Part shown: piece after piece, positions 51,251 to 60,308 of the stretch
How the letters are laid out: every line of letters starts with the position of its first letter
Position numbering within the stretch: position 1 is the stretch's first letter
Source: a virus
Taxonomy: Duplodnaviria; Caudoviricetes
Virus record (IMG/VR): IMGVR_UViG_3300037454_000194
Location: 6,212-70,211 of that record
Length of the DNA: 64,000 bases
Strand: one strand, 5' to 3'
Program-made: the position numbers and the translations under genes
The notes under the pieces: generated by a model
Told to the model about the DNA's origin: nothing
What the model saw: only the letters and a program-made list of their open reading frames with translations
Databases searched by the model: none

Positions 51251-54202
51251 ATGCTTGATTTTTTAAAATTTGGGTATGAATTTATTAATCGTGAGAGCAG
51301 AATCACTGTACAGTACGCGTCCTCGACAAGAGTCAAAGATTTGATGATACGAGGTGGGTGCTTTTATGCGGCTTGGGATTTTGAGAATGAAGAGTGGACG
51401 CAAAACATTTGCAGAGTATATGAGCTCATTGATGCGTCGATTCAGGAATTTGTGAAAAGTCAAATGGAAACTCTCAAGATGGATGAGTACGAATACAGAC
51501 AAAGATATAAAATCCCGGTTGCAACACTCAGTGGAAGTAAGATACCAGAAAACTTTATCAAGTATACAAAACAAGTACAGGATAATTTTAAGCCGCTCAA
51601 TACCAAAGTAGTCTTCAAGAGTGATAAGGCGGCAAGAGAATTATATTCTTCGAAAAGACTCCCTTACGACCCTATTGAGATGGAGACTCCTGCATATGAT
51701 AGACTGATGTCCGTATTATATTCTGACAGTGAGAGACAAAAGATCGAGTGGCTTATAGGAGCTGGACTTTGCAGAGACAATGGAAAGATTCAGAAGTTCG
51801 GAGTTTTGTACGGTGAACCTGGAACTGGTAAGGGTACAGTACTTGATATTATCATGATGCTCTTTGAAGGCTATACCTCGGCGTTCGAAGCTGATGCGCT
51901 TGGGCATAAAAGCGACTCCTTTGCCCTTGAGCCGTTTAAGACAAATCCTGTTATTGCTATTCAAACTGATGGCAATCTTTCTAGAATAGAGAGTAACGCG
52001 AGACTTAACACGTTAATATCTCACGAGACAATGACCGTCAATGAGAAGTTTAAGAATAAATATACTGCGAAATTTGACACTATTCTTCTCATGGGCACTA
52101 ATAATCCAGTTCGTATAACAGATGCAAAATCGGGTCTTTTAAGAAGACTTATCGATATAGAACCAACTGGCAACACAATTCCGAAAGACGAGTACGATGA
52201 GATTAAAGAAAAGCTTCCTTTCGAGATCTCAGGTATTGCTTATCGTTGCATGGAATTATATTCTAACAACAAGAAGCTTTATAACGCCTACAGACCGATG
52301 ACAATGATGTCAAAGACTAACGAGTTCTATGACTTCGTACTCGAGTACTACGACCAGTTCTGTGCTGAGGATTATATTTTGCTGTCGACCGCTTGGACCT
52401 GGTATAAGAAATACGTTGAGGACTCAAACGCTTACACAAAGCTTTCTCGTAGAGCGTTCGCATCAGAGCTCTGCGCATATTTTGAAGAAGGACAGCACGA
52501 TGAGTGGTATGTAGATGAGGATGGGTCGCGCAAGCATCTCTCTTCCGTATATCGTGGTTTCAGACGTGAAAGGTTCAAGAACGTTAGGAATCGCGGAATC
52601 GGAGAAGTTAAGGTTGTGAAGAGTAAGAAGAGTTCTTCAGGCGCTGGAGAAGGTGGTTCGTCGGATGTAGCGGAGGAGAGCAAAGCGGATATTCTGAAGA
52701 ATCTTCCTAAATGGCTCAAGCTCAAAGACGTAAGCGGCATGAGTGATGACGATCTGATGGAGAATCCTCTCAATGTATATTTGAAAGATGCAAAAGCTCA
52801 GTATGCTGTTCCTACAGATACCGGTGGGTCAAAGCCGAAGAATAGCTGGGACTACACAAGGTCGAAGCTTAACGCGATCAACACTTTAAGAGAACATTAT
52901 ATTCTGACGCAGAGTATTGACCCGAGACTTATATGCATTGACTTTGACCTTAAGGACCCTGAAACGGGAGAGAAGAGTCTTGAGAGAAATCTTCTTGCCG
53001 CTGCAAAGTTCCCTAAAACCTATGCAGAGACTTCTAAATCTGGAAAGGGTCTTCATCTCTATTATATTTACGATGGAAATGTTGATGACCTTTCGATGCT
53101 TTATGATACAGAGATTGAGATTAAGGTCTTTACTGGAAAGTCTGCTTTAAGAAGAATGCTGTATCTTTGTAATACTGAGGAGATTAGTCACATTAATAGC
53201 GGTCTCCCATTGAAGGAAGTGAAGAAGATGATAAATTGGGAAGGTGTTCAAAATGAGAAGCACCTTAGAGCTCTTATAGAAAAAGGACTTAAGAAGCAAG
53301 TATTCCCCAACACAAAGCCGTCTATAGATTATATTTCCCATTGTCTCGAAGAAGCTTATAACAGTGGAGTGTCATATGACGTTACAGACATGAGACAAAA
53401 GGTTTTGAATATGGCTTATGCTGCTACCAATCAATCTGAGTATTGTGTCGAAGCTGTTTTAAAAATGAAGTTTAATAGCCCAGATAAAGAAAACGTAGAG
53501 GACGAAGAGCTTACCGAAGAACGAGAATCCGTATATTCTGAGAAAAAGATTGCTTTTTATGATATAGAGATTTTTCCTAATTTAGCTGTCGTTTGCTATA
53601 AAGTTGAAGGCGGAGTTGTTGGTAACGCTGGAAAAGACGAAGTTGTAACGCTTATTAACCCAACCGCTAATGAGATATCAGAACTGGTAGACACATACAA
53701 CCTTATCGGATTTAACAATTTTGCTTATGATGATCGATTACTTTATGCTATGATCCTCGGATATTCTAACGAAAGACTTTTCCAAATATCGCAAGCCATA
53801 ATTGTTCATGGAGAGAGAGTTTTTCAAAACAACCATATTGGTTATGCGGATATTCGTGATTTTGCTTCGAACAAACAAAGTCTTAAAAAGTATGAAATAG
53901 AAATCGGAAACGCGCAACCAGAATTGGATCTGCAACATCAGGAACTGGGGCTTCCGTGGGAAGAACCCGTTGACAAAAGTAAATGGGATCTTGTCGCTAG
54001 TTATTGTGCGAATGACGTTGTCGCCACAGAAGCAACTTTTTATTATTTAAAAGCCGATTGGACCGCAAGAAAGATGCTTGCTGAGATTGCTGATATGCCT
54101 GTATCGACATCTACAAATAACCTAACCGCTCAGATTATATTTGGAAATGTTCGCAATCCAAAACTCATGTATACAAATCTTAAAACTGGTGAGAGGAGCT
54201 AA
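51251..54202 (+). CDS. Fusion: SF3/D5-like helicase, primase-polymerase (AEP) domain and 3'-5' exonuclease domain
   Basis: Walker A GEPGTGKGT; CIDFDLKD and ETSKSGKGLHLYY (prim-pol); FYDIEIFPN, IGFNNFAYDD and YCANDV exonuclease motifs. Confidence 0.85.
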   Translation: MLDFLKFGYEFINRESRITVQYASSTRVKDLMIRGGCFYAAWDFENEEWTQNICRVYELIDASIQEFVKSQMETLKMDEYEYRQRYKIPVATLSGSKIPENFIKYTKQVQDNFKPLNTKVVFKSDKAARELYSSKRLPYDPIEMETPAYDRLMSVLYSDSERQKIEWLIGAGLCRDNGKIQKFGVLYGEPGTGKGTVLDIIMMLFEGYTSAFEADALGHKSDSFALEPFKTNPVIAIQTDGNLSRIESNARLNTLISHETMTVNEKFKNKYTAKFDTILLMGTNNPVRITDAKSGLLRRLIDIEPTGNTIPKDEYDEIKEKLPFEISGIAYRCMELYSNNKKLYNAYRPMTMMSKTNEFYDFVLEYYDQFCAEDYILLSTAWTWYKKYVEDSNAYTKLSRRAFASELCAYFEEGQHDEWYVDEDGSRKHLSSVYRGFRRERFKNVRNRGIGEVKVVKSKKSSSGAGEGGSSDVAEESKADILKNLPKWLKLKDVSGMSDDDLMENPLNVYLKDAKAQYAVPTDTGGSKPKNSWDYTRSKLNAINTLREHYILTQSIDPRLICIDFDLKDPETGEKSLERNLLAAAKFPKTYAETSKSGKGLHLYYIYDGNVDDLSMLYDTEIEIKVFTGKSALRRMLYLCNTEEISHINSGLPLKEVKKMINWEGVQNEKHLRALIEKGLKKQVFPNTKPSIDYISHCLEEAYNSGVSYDVTDMRQKVLNMAYAATNQSEYCVEAVLKMKFNSPDKENVEDEELTEERESVYSEKKIAFYDIEIFPNLAVVCYKVEGGVVGNAGKDEVVTLINPTANEISELVDTYNLIGFNNFAYDDRLLYAMILGYSNERLFQISQAIIVHGERVFQNNHIGYADIRDFASNKQSLKKYEIEIGNAQPELDLQHQELGLPWEEPVDKSKWDLVASYCANDVVATEATFYYLKADWTARKMLAEIADMPVSTSTNNLTAQIIFGNVRNPKLMYTNLKTGERS

Positions 54203-54207
54203 CCACT

Positions 54208-55464
54208 ATGGAGGGAATCATTCAAGCTTTTCCTGAGTACGAAATGATAACGGACGAAACTGGAAAACGCTGGATTGCTAATATGTATAAGGGGATTGAC
54301 GTTGGACGCGGAGGGTACGTATATTCTGTTCCAGGAATTTATAGGAACGTAGCTTTGTGCGACGTTGCGTCCATGCATCCACATTCCATCATCGCCATGA
54401 ACTATTTTGGTGAATACACAAAAAACTATGCCGACTTGGTAAATGCTAGAGTAGCAATCAAGCATAGAGACTTTGATACACTGCGTACATTGCTAGATGG
54501 AAAATTAGAAAAATACACACATGACGAGGAAATATTAGCCACACTAGATAAGGTGCTCAAATATCCCATAAATGCAACGTACGGAGAATCTGCCGCTAAG
54601 CATACCAATCGATTTCGTGATGAACGCAACATTAACAACATAGTTGCGCTTCGCGGTGCTTTGTTTATGGTAGACCTTAAAGAAGCCGTTGAAAAAGAAG
54701 GATATAAAGTCTGCCATATAAAAACAGATTCGATAAAAATACCGGATAGTGACGAGTATATTGTAGATTTTGTTCAAAAGTTTGCTGTTAAGTATGGATA
54801 TACAATGGAACACGAGGCAACATACGATAGAATTTGTCTTGTTAATAAATCAACGTATATCGCTAAGTATGACGCTAAAGGAATTCGCAATAAAGGCGGA
54901 AAACATGCTAATGAATGGACAGCAACCGGAGCAGAATTCCAACATCCGTATATTTTTAAAACACTTTTTAGTCACGAACCGATTTTGTTCGCAGACTACT
55001 GTGAGACAAAGAGTGTAAAAGGTGACGATGATATTTATCTAGATATGAACAAAGATCTAGTTCGTGATCTAGAAAAAGATGCTAACGATATTCGAAGTAA
55101 GATTCTTGAATGGCCTAAAGGCGTTCCGGGTATTATGGATATTAAGAGGAAATTAAAAGCCATAGAAAACGAGATTGAGTCAATACACAGTTTGAAGTTT
55201 GTAGGAAAATGTGGACAGTTTACTCCTGTAGATGATGCCGTTTCCGGAGGAGTTCTTATAAGATCATTAAAAGATTCCAAGACAGGAACCGTTAAGTATC
55301 AATCTGTTTCCGGATCAATTGGATATAGGTGGCTCGAGTCATATTATATTAAGAAAAACGGACTTGAAGATCATATAGATATGCGATACTTTAGAAAACT
55401 TGTAGATGATGCTTGCGGAACAATTTCTAAGTTTGGAGACGTTGATGAATTCATCAATGGGTAA
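54208..55464 (+). CDS. Family B-like DNA polymerase, polymerase domain only
   Basis: GGYVYSVPG, LCDVASMHPHS (motif A), LKYPINATYG (motif B), HIKTDSIK (motif C); RBS GAGGAG. Confidence 0.85.
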   Translation: MEGIIQAFPEYEMITDETGKRWIANMYKGIDVGRGGYVYSVPGIYRNVALCDVASMHPHSIIAMNYFGEYTKNYADLVNARVAIKHRDFDTLRTLLDGKLEKYTHDEEILATLDKVLKYPINATYGESAAKHTNRFRDERNINNIVALRGALFMVDLKEAVEKEGYKVCHIKTDSIKIPDSDEYIVDFVQKFAVKYGYTMEHEATYDRICLVNKSTYIAKYDAKGIRNKGGKHANEWTATGAEFQHPYIFKTLFSHEPILFADYCETKSVKGDDDIYLDMNKDLVRDLEKDANDIRSKILEWPKGVPGIMDIKRKLKAIENEIESIHSLKFVGKCGQFTPVDDAVSGGVLIRSLKDSKTGTVKYQSVSGSIGYRWLESYYIKKNGLEDHIDMRYFRKLVDDACGTISKFGDVDEFING

Positions 55465-55485
55465 GAAAGGAGAAACGTATATTTT

Positions 55486-56289
55486 ATGTCAATAGCCAAT
55501 TATTCTGTGCCATATAGCATGACATCTGATGAGCTCATGGAATATGAACGTGAATGGGCTATCTTTGAAGCAGAGGCCCAGTATGACGGAAGTCCTGAAA
55601 TAAGACCGCTCAAAAACTATCCAGGATACGAAGTGTCTTCATATGGAGACGTGATAAGCCTATTAGGTAAAGAAGAAAGGTCTTTGAAACCGTGTGCTAC
55701 TAATCATGGCCATCTTTATGTGTCGGTAATTGATAAAAACGGAAAAAAGTCTAAGAAACTAGTTCATAGACTTGTTGCTGAAGCCTTCTTAGAAAACCTG
55801 GAAAATTATCCGTTGGTTAGGCATTTGGATGACGATCCGACTCATAACGAAGTTGATAATTTAGCATGGGGTACCAAGCAGGACAATTACGCAGACATGA
55901 TTCGTAATGGGCATGACGTTTGCAGAAAAGCCGTTTACTGTTATGAGAATAATAAAGAGTACGAAAGCTGTGCAGAGGCCGCGAAAGATTTGGACGTTAG
56001 CAAGGCGTCTGTTACCATAGCTTGCCAAGGGAAAATATCGCATGTAAAAGGTTATCATTTATGTTATTTAAAAGATAAAGAATTCTATTTTAAACATTTG
56101 TTTGAATGGCTTAGAGATAAACCAATCGAAAAACCGGTCCATGCTAGAAATCTTGACACCGGAGAAACATTATATTTCAAAAGTGTTAATGAAGCGTCTG
56201 CTTATCTTGGAATACCGGCGTGCGGCATAAGCTCCACTTTACACGGGCACACAAAACACACCCATCGCTGGTTCTTCTGGGAAGACTAA
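55486..56289 (+). CDS. Free-standing HNH homing endonuclease (NUMOD4, HNH, NUMOD1 repeats)
   Basis: LKNYPGYEVSSYGDVIS; VHRLVAEAF..LVRHLDDDPTHNEVDNLAWGT; two YESxxEAAxxL-type motifs. Confidence 0.9.
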   Translation: MSIANYSVPYSMTSDELMEYEREWAIFEAEAQYDGSPEIRPLKNYPGYEVSSYGDVISLLGKEERSLKPCATNHGHLYVSVIDKNGKKSKKLVHRLVAEAFLENLENYPLVRHLDDDPTHNEVDNLAWGTKQDNYADMIRNGHDVCRKAVYCYENNKEYESCAEAAKDLDVSKASVTIACQGKISHVKGYHLCYLKDKEFYFKHLFEWLRDKPIEKPVHARNLDTGETLYFKSVNEASAYLGIPACGISSTLHGHTKHTHRWFFWED

Positions 56290-56373
56290 TTATATTTCAT
56301 TACAGTTAGTTAGCGCTTTTGTCATTTGCGCTTTCTATATATTTTAAATTAATTCTTAAGGAGGAATTTTAAA

Positions 56374-56877
56374 ATGACTAAGGAAAAGATCACCATCATG
56401 AACGCAAAGCTCTGCTACAAGAACTTTGCAGGCAAGGAAACCGAGTTCAATGCAGCCGGCGCACGCAACTTCAGCGTGATTCTGGATGACGAACTCGCGC
56501 AGGAGCTCATGTCCAAGGGCTACAATGTTAAAGTTAAGCCGCCTCGTGAGGGTTACGATGATGACGGCAATTTTAACACTCTTAAGATTAATGTTAAGTT
56601 CGGTTCTAATCCGGCACTTAACCCGCAGATCATCCGTATTATGAACGGTAAGAAGGTGAACCTCAACGAGCGCACCATCGGTTCCCTTGACTGGGATGAG
56701 ATTGAGAACGTTGATCTTCGAATCCGTCCGTACAGCTGGGCAAGAGCAGGTCGCTCTGGAGTTGCTGCTTATCTTGAGTCGATGTATGTGACTGTTGTTG
56801 ACGACCCGCTCGCTGCGAAGTATCAGGATGAGCACATCGACGACTTCATTTCCGACGAGGAAGTCCCGTTCGAGTAA
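56374..56877 (+). CDS. ssb: Phage single-stranded DNA-binding protein
   Basis: YKNFAGKETEFNAAGARNFSVIL..DLRIRPYSW..AYLESMYVT; acidic tail ending EEVPFE; inside the replication module. Confidence 0.75.
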   Translation: MTKEKITIMNAKLCYKNFAGKETEFNAAGARNFSVILDDELAQELMSKGYNVKVKPPREGYDDDGNFNTLKINVKFGSNPALNPQIIRIMNGKKVNLNERTIGSLDWDEIENVDLRIRPYSWARAGRSGVAAYLESMYVTVVDDPLAAKYQDEHIDDFISDEEVPFE

Positions 56878-56885
56878 GTTCATTA

Positions 56886-56903
56886 TTTTCAGCTCCTATA
56901 ATG
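56886..56903 (+). promoter_or_regulatory. Phage promoter motif
   Basis: TTTTCA GCTCC TATAAT G, then GCCT-GAAG-AGGC. Confidence 0.8.
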
Positions 56904-56943
56904 CCTGAAGAGGCGACAGTATATTTATAGGAGGTGAATCGAA

Positions 56944-57165
56944 ATGGGCATTTTTAAGATCAAAACCACAAAGGATGCGTTTGGGAAAATTGCAAGAAAG
57001 GCTCTCAGAACATTTTTTGGGAAAGATATTGAGTTCACAGAACTTAGTATATCCCTTAAAATGGAAGAGATGCCTGACGAGCAGTTCCTCGAAAAGCTGA
57101 CGGCGGGTCTTAAGAAAGCAGGTATTGACACCGAAAAGGTAAAAGGTACTTGGATCAAGATCTGA
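56944..57165 (+). CDS. Small hypothetical protein (cassette gene inserted in the replication module)
   Basis: Promoter 56886, RBS AGGAGGTGA, terminator 57170. Confidence 0.75.
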   Translation: MGIFKIKTTKDAFGKIARKALRTFFGKDIEFTELSISLKMEEMPDEQFLEKLTAGLKKAGIDTEKVKGTWIKI

Positions 57166-57169
57166 CGGC

Positions 57170-57212
57170 ATAGGGGTTATGGGATATATTCTCGTAACCC
57201 CTATAACTTTTT
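57170..57212 (+). terminator. Cassette 3' hairpin
   Basis: TAGGGGTTATGGGA/TCTCGTAACCCCTA. Confidence 0.75.
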
Positions 57213-57217
57213 CAATT

Positions 57218-57235
57218 TTTTCAATCCCTATAATG
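57218..57235 (+). promoter_or_regulatory. Phage promoter motif
   Basis: TTTTCA ATCCC TATAAT G, then GAAGG/CCTTC. Confidence 0.8.
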
Positions 57236-57292
57236 AAGGAAATAACCCTTCGTCCGATATATATTTTATGTGAATTTTGAGGAGGTATCATT

Positions 57293-57667
57293 ATGAGCAT
57301 TATGGGTAAAGTTGCATCGATTATGGTAAAGGCGATGGCGGAAGCGACAGTGGCGCGCGGAGTCGAAAGCGTTGCTACGGCAGCGATCAACCACACTGGC
57401 CTGCTTAAGGGCGCAACCCAGACAACAAAGACTGTTGTCAAGGTTGGCACTTACGTAGGATCGGCGGCGGTAGGATCGGCTGTAGTCAACAAGCTGGTTG
57501 ACAAAGCGAATGCTGACGGCTATCCGATCACCGGAAAGGCCAAGAACATCGAGATCAGAACTTACACACACGATGGAGTGCTGGTAGGCACCCCCGAACA
57601 CAAGAAGAACAAATCGGATTCTAAAGGAAGCACCGAAGTCATTGAGGTGGAGGTAATGGGCACCTGA
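57293..57667 (+). CDS. Hypothetical amphipathic protein (cassette gene)
   Basis: Promoter 57218, RBS GAGGAGG. Confidence 0.75.
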   Translation: MSIMGKVASIMVKAMAEATVARGVESVATAAINHTGLLKGATQTTKTVVKVGTYVGSAAVGSAVVNKLVDKANADGYPITGKAKNIEIRTYTHDGVLVGTPEHKKNKSDSKGSTEVIEVEVMGT

Positions 57668-57725
57668 ATTATCAGGGCCCATAGGCCTTATTCAGCTATT
57701 ATATTTTTTTTGTCGGAGGCCAACC

Positions 57726-59000
57726 ATGTCTGTTACACTGTACCAGCATCAAATGGATGCAATTAAGAAGATGAAGAATGGCTCGATACTCGTAGGTGGT
57801 GTCGGATCTGGGAAATCAAGGACCTCTTTAGGATATTTTTATAAAGAACATGGTGGGGGGTTTTCCCCCGTTACTGAGAATGTAGAAAATGAGGAGAGAA
57901 TCATAGGATATTCTATGACAAAAGGAATGAATGAAAAGCCGAGAACGCTTATCATCATTACTACAGCAAAGAAACGGGATTCAATGGAATGGGAAGATGA
58001 GCTTTTAACGTATAACATGTCAACCAACATGGAGCTTAATAAATATGGAAACAGAATTATAGTGGATAGTTGGAACAACATAGGAAAATACTCAAAGGCT
58101 CATAATTGTTTCTTCATATTTGATGAACAGAGAGTTGGTGGTACAGGAAAGTGGGCAAAGACGTTCATTAAGATCGCTAGAGAAAACAAATGGATATTAC
58201 TATCTGCGACGCCTGGAGATACATGGTCAGATTATGCACCAGTATTCATAGCGAACGGTTTTTACAAGAATTTCACAGAGTTTAGAAATAGACACTGCGT
58301 ATATTCTAGATTCGCAAAGTATCCAAAGATTGATCATTATGTAGAATGTGACATCTTAGAGGATCATAGATCAGAAGTTCTAGTATATATGAAGTTCGAA
58401 AGAAAAACTGTTGCTCATAAGAATTATATCCACGTAGAGTATCCTAAAGACGACTACGAAACTGTGTCTAAGAAACGTTGGGATATTTACAAGAACGAGC
58501 CTTGTCAAGAAATAGCTACAGTTTGTGCGGTTCTTCGCAAAGTCGTGAATTCTGATGGGTCCCGCATTGAGAAGATTCATGAGCTTCTTCAAGAGCATCC
58601 TAAAGCTATTATATTCTATAACTACGATTACGAACTTGAGATACTGAGAAAATATTGTGAAGATACAAATTACGTTTATGCCGAATGGAACGGGCATAAG
58701 CATGAGGAAGTACCAACTGGAGATGAGTGGTTGTATCTCGTTCAGTATAGAGCTGGTGCTGAAGGATGGAATTGTATAACAACAGATACAATTATATTCT
58801 ATTCCTTGACGTATTCATACAAGGATTCTGTGCAAGCAGCTGGAAGAATTGACAGGATGAATACACCGTTTGTGGATCTTCATTACTTTTACCTCATCTC
58901 TTCTTCTAAGATTGACCTTGCTATAAGTAAGTGTCTTCGTGGTAAGAAGAACTTTAACGAAAAGAGTTTCATTGAAAACGAAAGGAACGTATATTCATGA
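57726..59000 (+). CDS. Superfamily 2 (SNF2/DEAD-like) helicase
   Basis: GVGSGKSRT, FIFDEQR, LSATPGD, QYRAGAEGWN, QAAGRIDR. Confidence 0.9.
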   Translation: MSVTLYQHQMDAIKKMKNGSILVGGVGSGKSRTSLGYFYKEHGGGFSPVTENVENEERIIGYSMTKGMNEKPRTLIIITTAKKRDSMEWEDELLTYNMSTNMELNKYGNRIIVDSWNNIGKYSKAHNCFFIFDEQRVGGTGKWAKTFIKIARENKWILLSATPGDTWSDYAPVFIANGFYKNFTEFRNRHCVYSRFAKYPKIDHYVECDILEDHRSEVLVYMKFERKTVAHKNYIHVEYPKDDYETVSKKRWDIYKNEPCQEIATVCAVLRKVVNSDGSRIEKIHELLQEHPKAIIFYNYDYELEILRKYCEDTNYVYAEWNGHKHEEVPTGDEWLYLVQYRAGAEGWNCITTDTIIFYSLTYSYKDSVQAAGRIDRMNTPFVDLHYFYLISSSKIDLAISKCLRGKKNFNEKSFIENERNVYS

Positions 59001-59188
59001 ACAGAAAGAATGGAAGACCGCTTGAGAACAATAAGCGTGTCAAAATCGTAGAAACTGGAGAAGTCTATGGCAATTATCTGGAAGCGACAAAAGCCATTGA
59101 CGGAAATCGATCTTGCGTATATTTGTGTCTCAAAGGAGACCGGAAACATCATAAAGGTTATAGTTTTGTTTATGAGGAGGAAACATGA
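58997..59188 (+). CDS. Stand-alone NUMOD1-like HTH protein
   Basis: IVETGEVYGNYLEATKAIDGNRSCVYLCLKGDRKHHKGYSF. Confidence 0.75.
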   Translation: MNRKNGRPLENNKRVKIVETGEVYGNYLEATKAIDGNRSCVYLCLKGDRKHHKGYSFVYEEET

Positions 59189-59886
59189 TGGAAGAAAGTT
59201 GGAAATTGCTTGAAGAGTATCCTAACTATGAGGTGTCGACTTTTGGACGAGTAAGAAGAGTCTATAATGACGGAAGCTTTGAGATGGTGGAGCCTTATAG
59301 TGACTTTGAAGTTATTAAGGTTAAGCTAGACAACTACAGAGGTGTCGAAGAGGTTGCGCTAGCATGGCTTGTCCTAGGTACGTTTGATCCTTATCGAGGA
59401 CCTGGCGGATGGTCTCCAATTGTATATTTAGATGAGGACCCCTGGAACTGTTCGCTTAGTAATATGCGATGGAAAAAAAAGAACATGAGAAAAACGTACG
59501 AGAGGCAAGAAAAAGAATATATGGAACACCATAAAGTATATTGCTATGAAAACAAAAAGACATATGACACGGCAAACGATGCATCAAATGATCTTGGTGT
59601 TGATAGAAGTTCAATTACAAAATGCTGTTTAGGTGTGTATTCTACAGCAGGAGGCTATACGTTTTCGTATGAAAGAAATAAAAACGAGGCAACAAGGGTT
59701 TCAAAAAATAGTAGGGGTAGAAAAGTATATTGTAAAAACATGATTGACGGTAGCATACAAATTTTTAATAATCAAAAAGAAGCTTGTGAATCTTTGAATT
59801 TGCCTTCTATTAAGAAGGTTCTTTCTGGCCATTGTAAACGAACTGGAAATTATATTCTTTCGTATTCGAAAGATGATATATTGTAA
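59185..59886 (+). CDS. NUMOD4/HNH-derived protein with a degenerate nuclease site plus NUMOD1 repeats
   Basis: LLEEYPNYEVSTFGRVR; ALAWLVLGTF and IVYLDEDPWNCSLSNMRW lack the usual His residues. Confidence 0.75.
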   Translation: MMEESWKLLEEYPNYEVSTFGRVRRVYNDGSFEMVEPYSDFEVIKVKLDNYRGVEEVALAWLVLGTFDPYRGPGGWSPIVYLDEDPWNCSLSNMRWKKKNMRKTYERQEKEYMEHHKVYCYENKKTYDTANDASNDLGVDRSSITKCCLGVYSTAGGYTFSYERNKNEATRVSKNSRGRKVYCKNMIDGSIQIFNNQKEACESLNLPSIKKVLSGHCKRTGNYILSYSKDDIL

Positions 59887-59933
59887 TGTCGGTAATCGTT
59901 TCGGGAACCTTTTAGCACACCCAAAGCACAGTA

Positions 59934-59951
59934 ATATCACAGCCTATAATG
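59934..59951 (+). promoter_or_regulatory. Phage promoter motif (variant) upstream of VRR-NUC, exonuclease and RNAP-like genes
   Basis: ATATCA CAGCC TATAAT G, then GGAT-GGACC/GGTCC-AATCC hairpin. Confidence 0.6.
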
Positions 59952-60017
59952 GAGAGGATGGACCTATGTTTTTTTTTGTTGGTCCAATCCGTATATTTTT
60001 AAGGAGCGTTGATTCTT

Positions 60018-60308
60018 ATGAAAGAATCCAAATTCCAAAAAGACTTAATAGGTAAGATAAAGAACGCGTTTCCAGATTGCATTGTGATGAAGAATGATCC
60101 GAATTATATTCAGGGTATTCCGGATCTTTTGATTCTGAACGGAGATAAATGGGTTTCTCTAGAATGCAAGAAATCTGAGGGCGCTTCTCATCAACCTAAT
60201 CAGGACTATTATATTTCTAAAATGAATAAAATGTCCTACGCGTCTTTCGTATATCCGGAAAACGAAGAGGAGGTACTAAATGAAATTCAACGAGCATTAT
60301 CGCCTTAA
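60018..60308 (+). CDS. VRR-NUC domain nuclease
   Basis: KESKFQKDLI..QGIPDLLIL..SLECKKS..QPNQDYYI. Confidence 0.85.
   Translation: MKESKFQKDLIGKIKNAFPDCIVMKNDPNYIQGIPDLLILNGDKWVSLECKKSEGASHQPNQDYYISKMNKMSYASFVYPENEEEVLNEIQRALSP

Noticed and set aside
54150-54260. Group I intron or intein interrupting the DNA polymerase
   Set aside because: Only 5 nt separate the ORFs and no intein termini or intron core are visible; the HNH at 55486 lies after the polymerase stop and is free-standing
9033-59951. Ordinary sigma-A -35/-10 promoters
   Set aside because: No TTGACA-like hexamer is conserved 17 bp upstream and there is no TG extension; not fully excluded without TSS data
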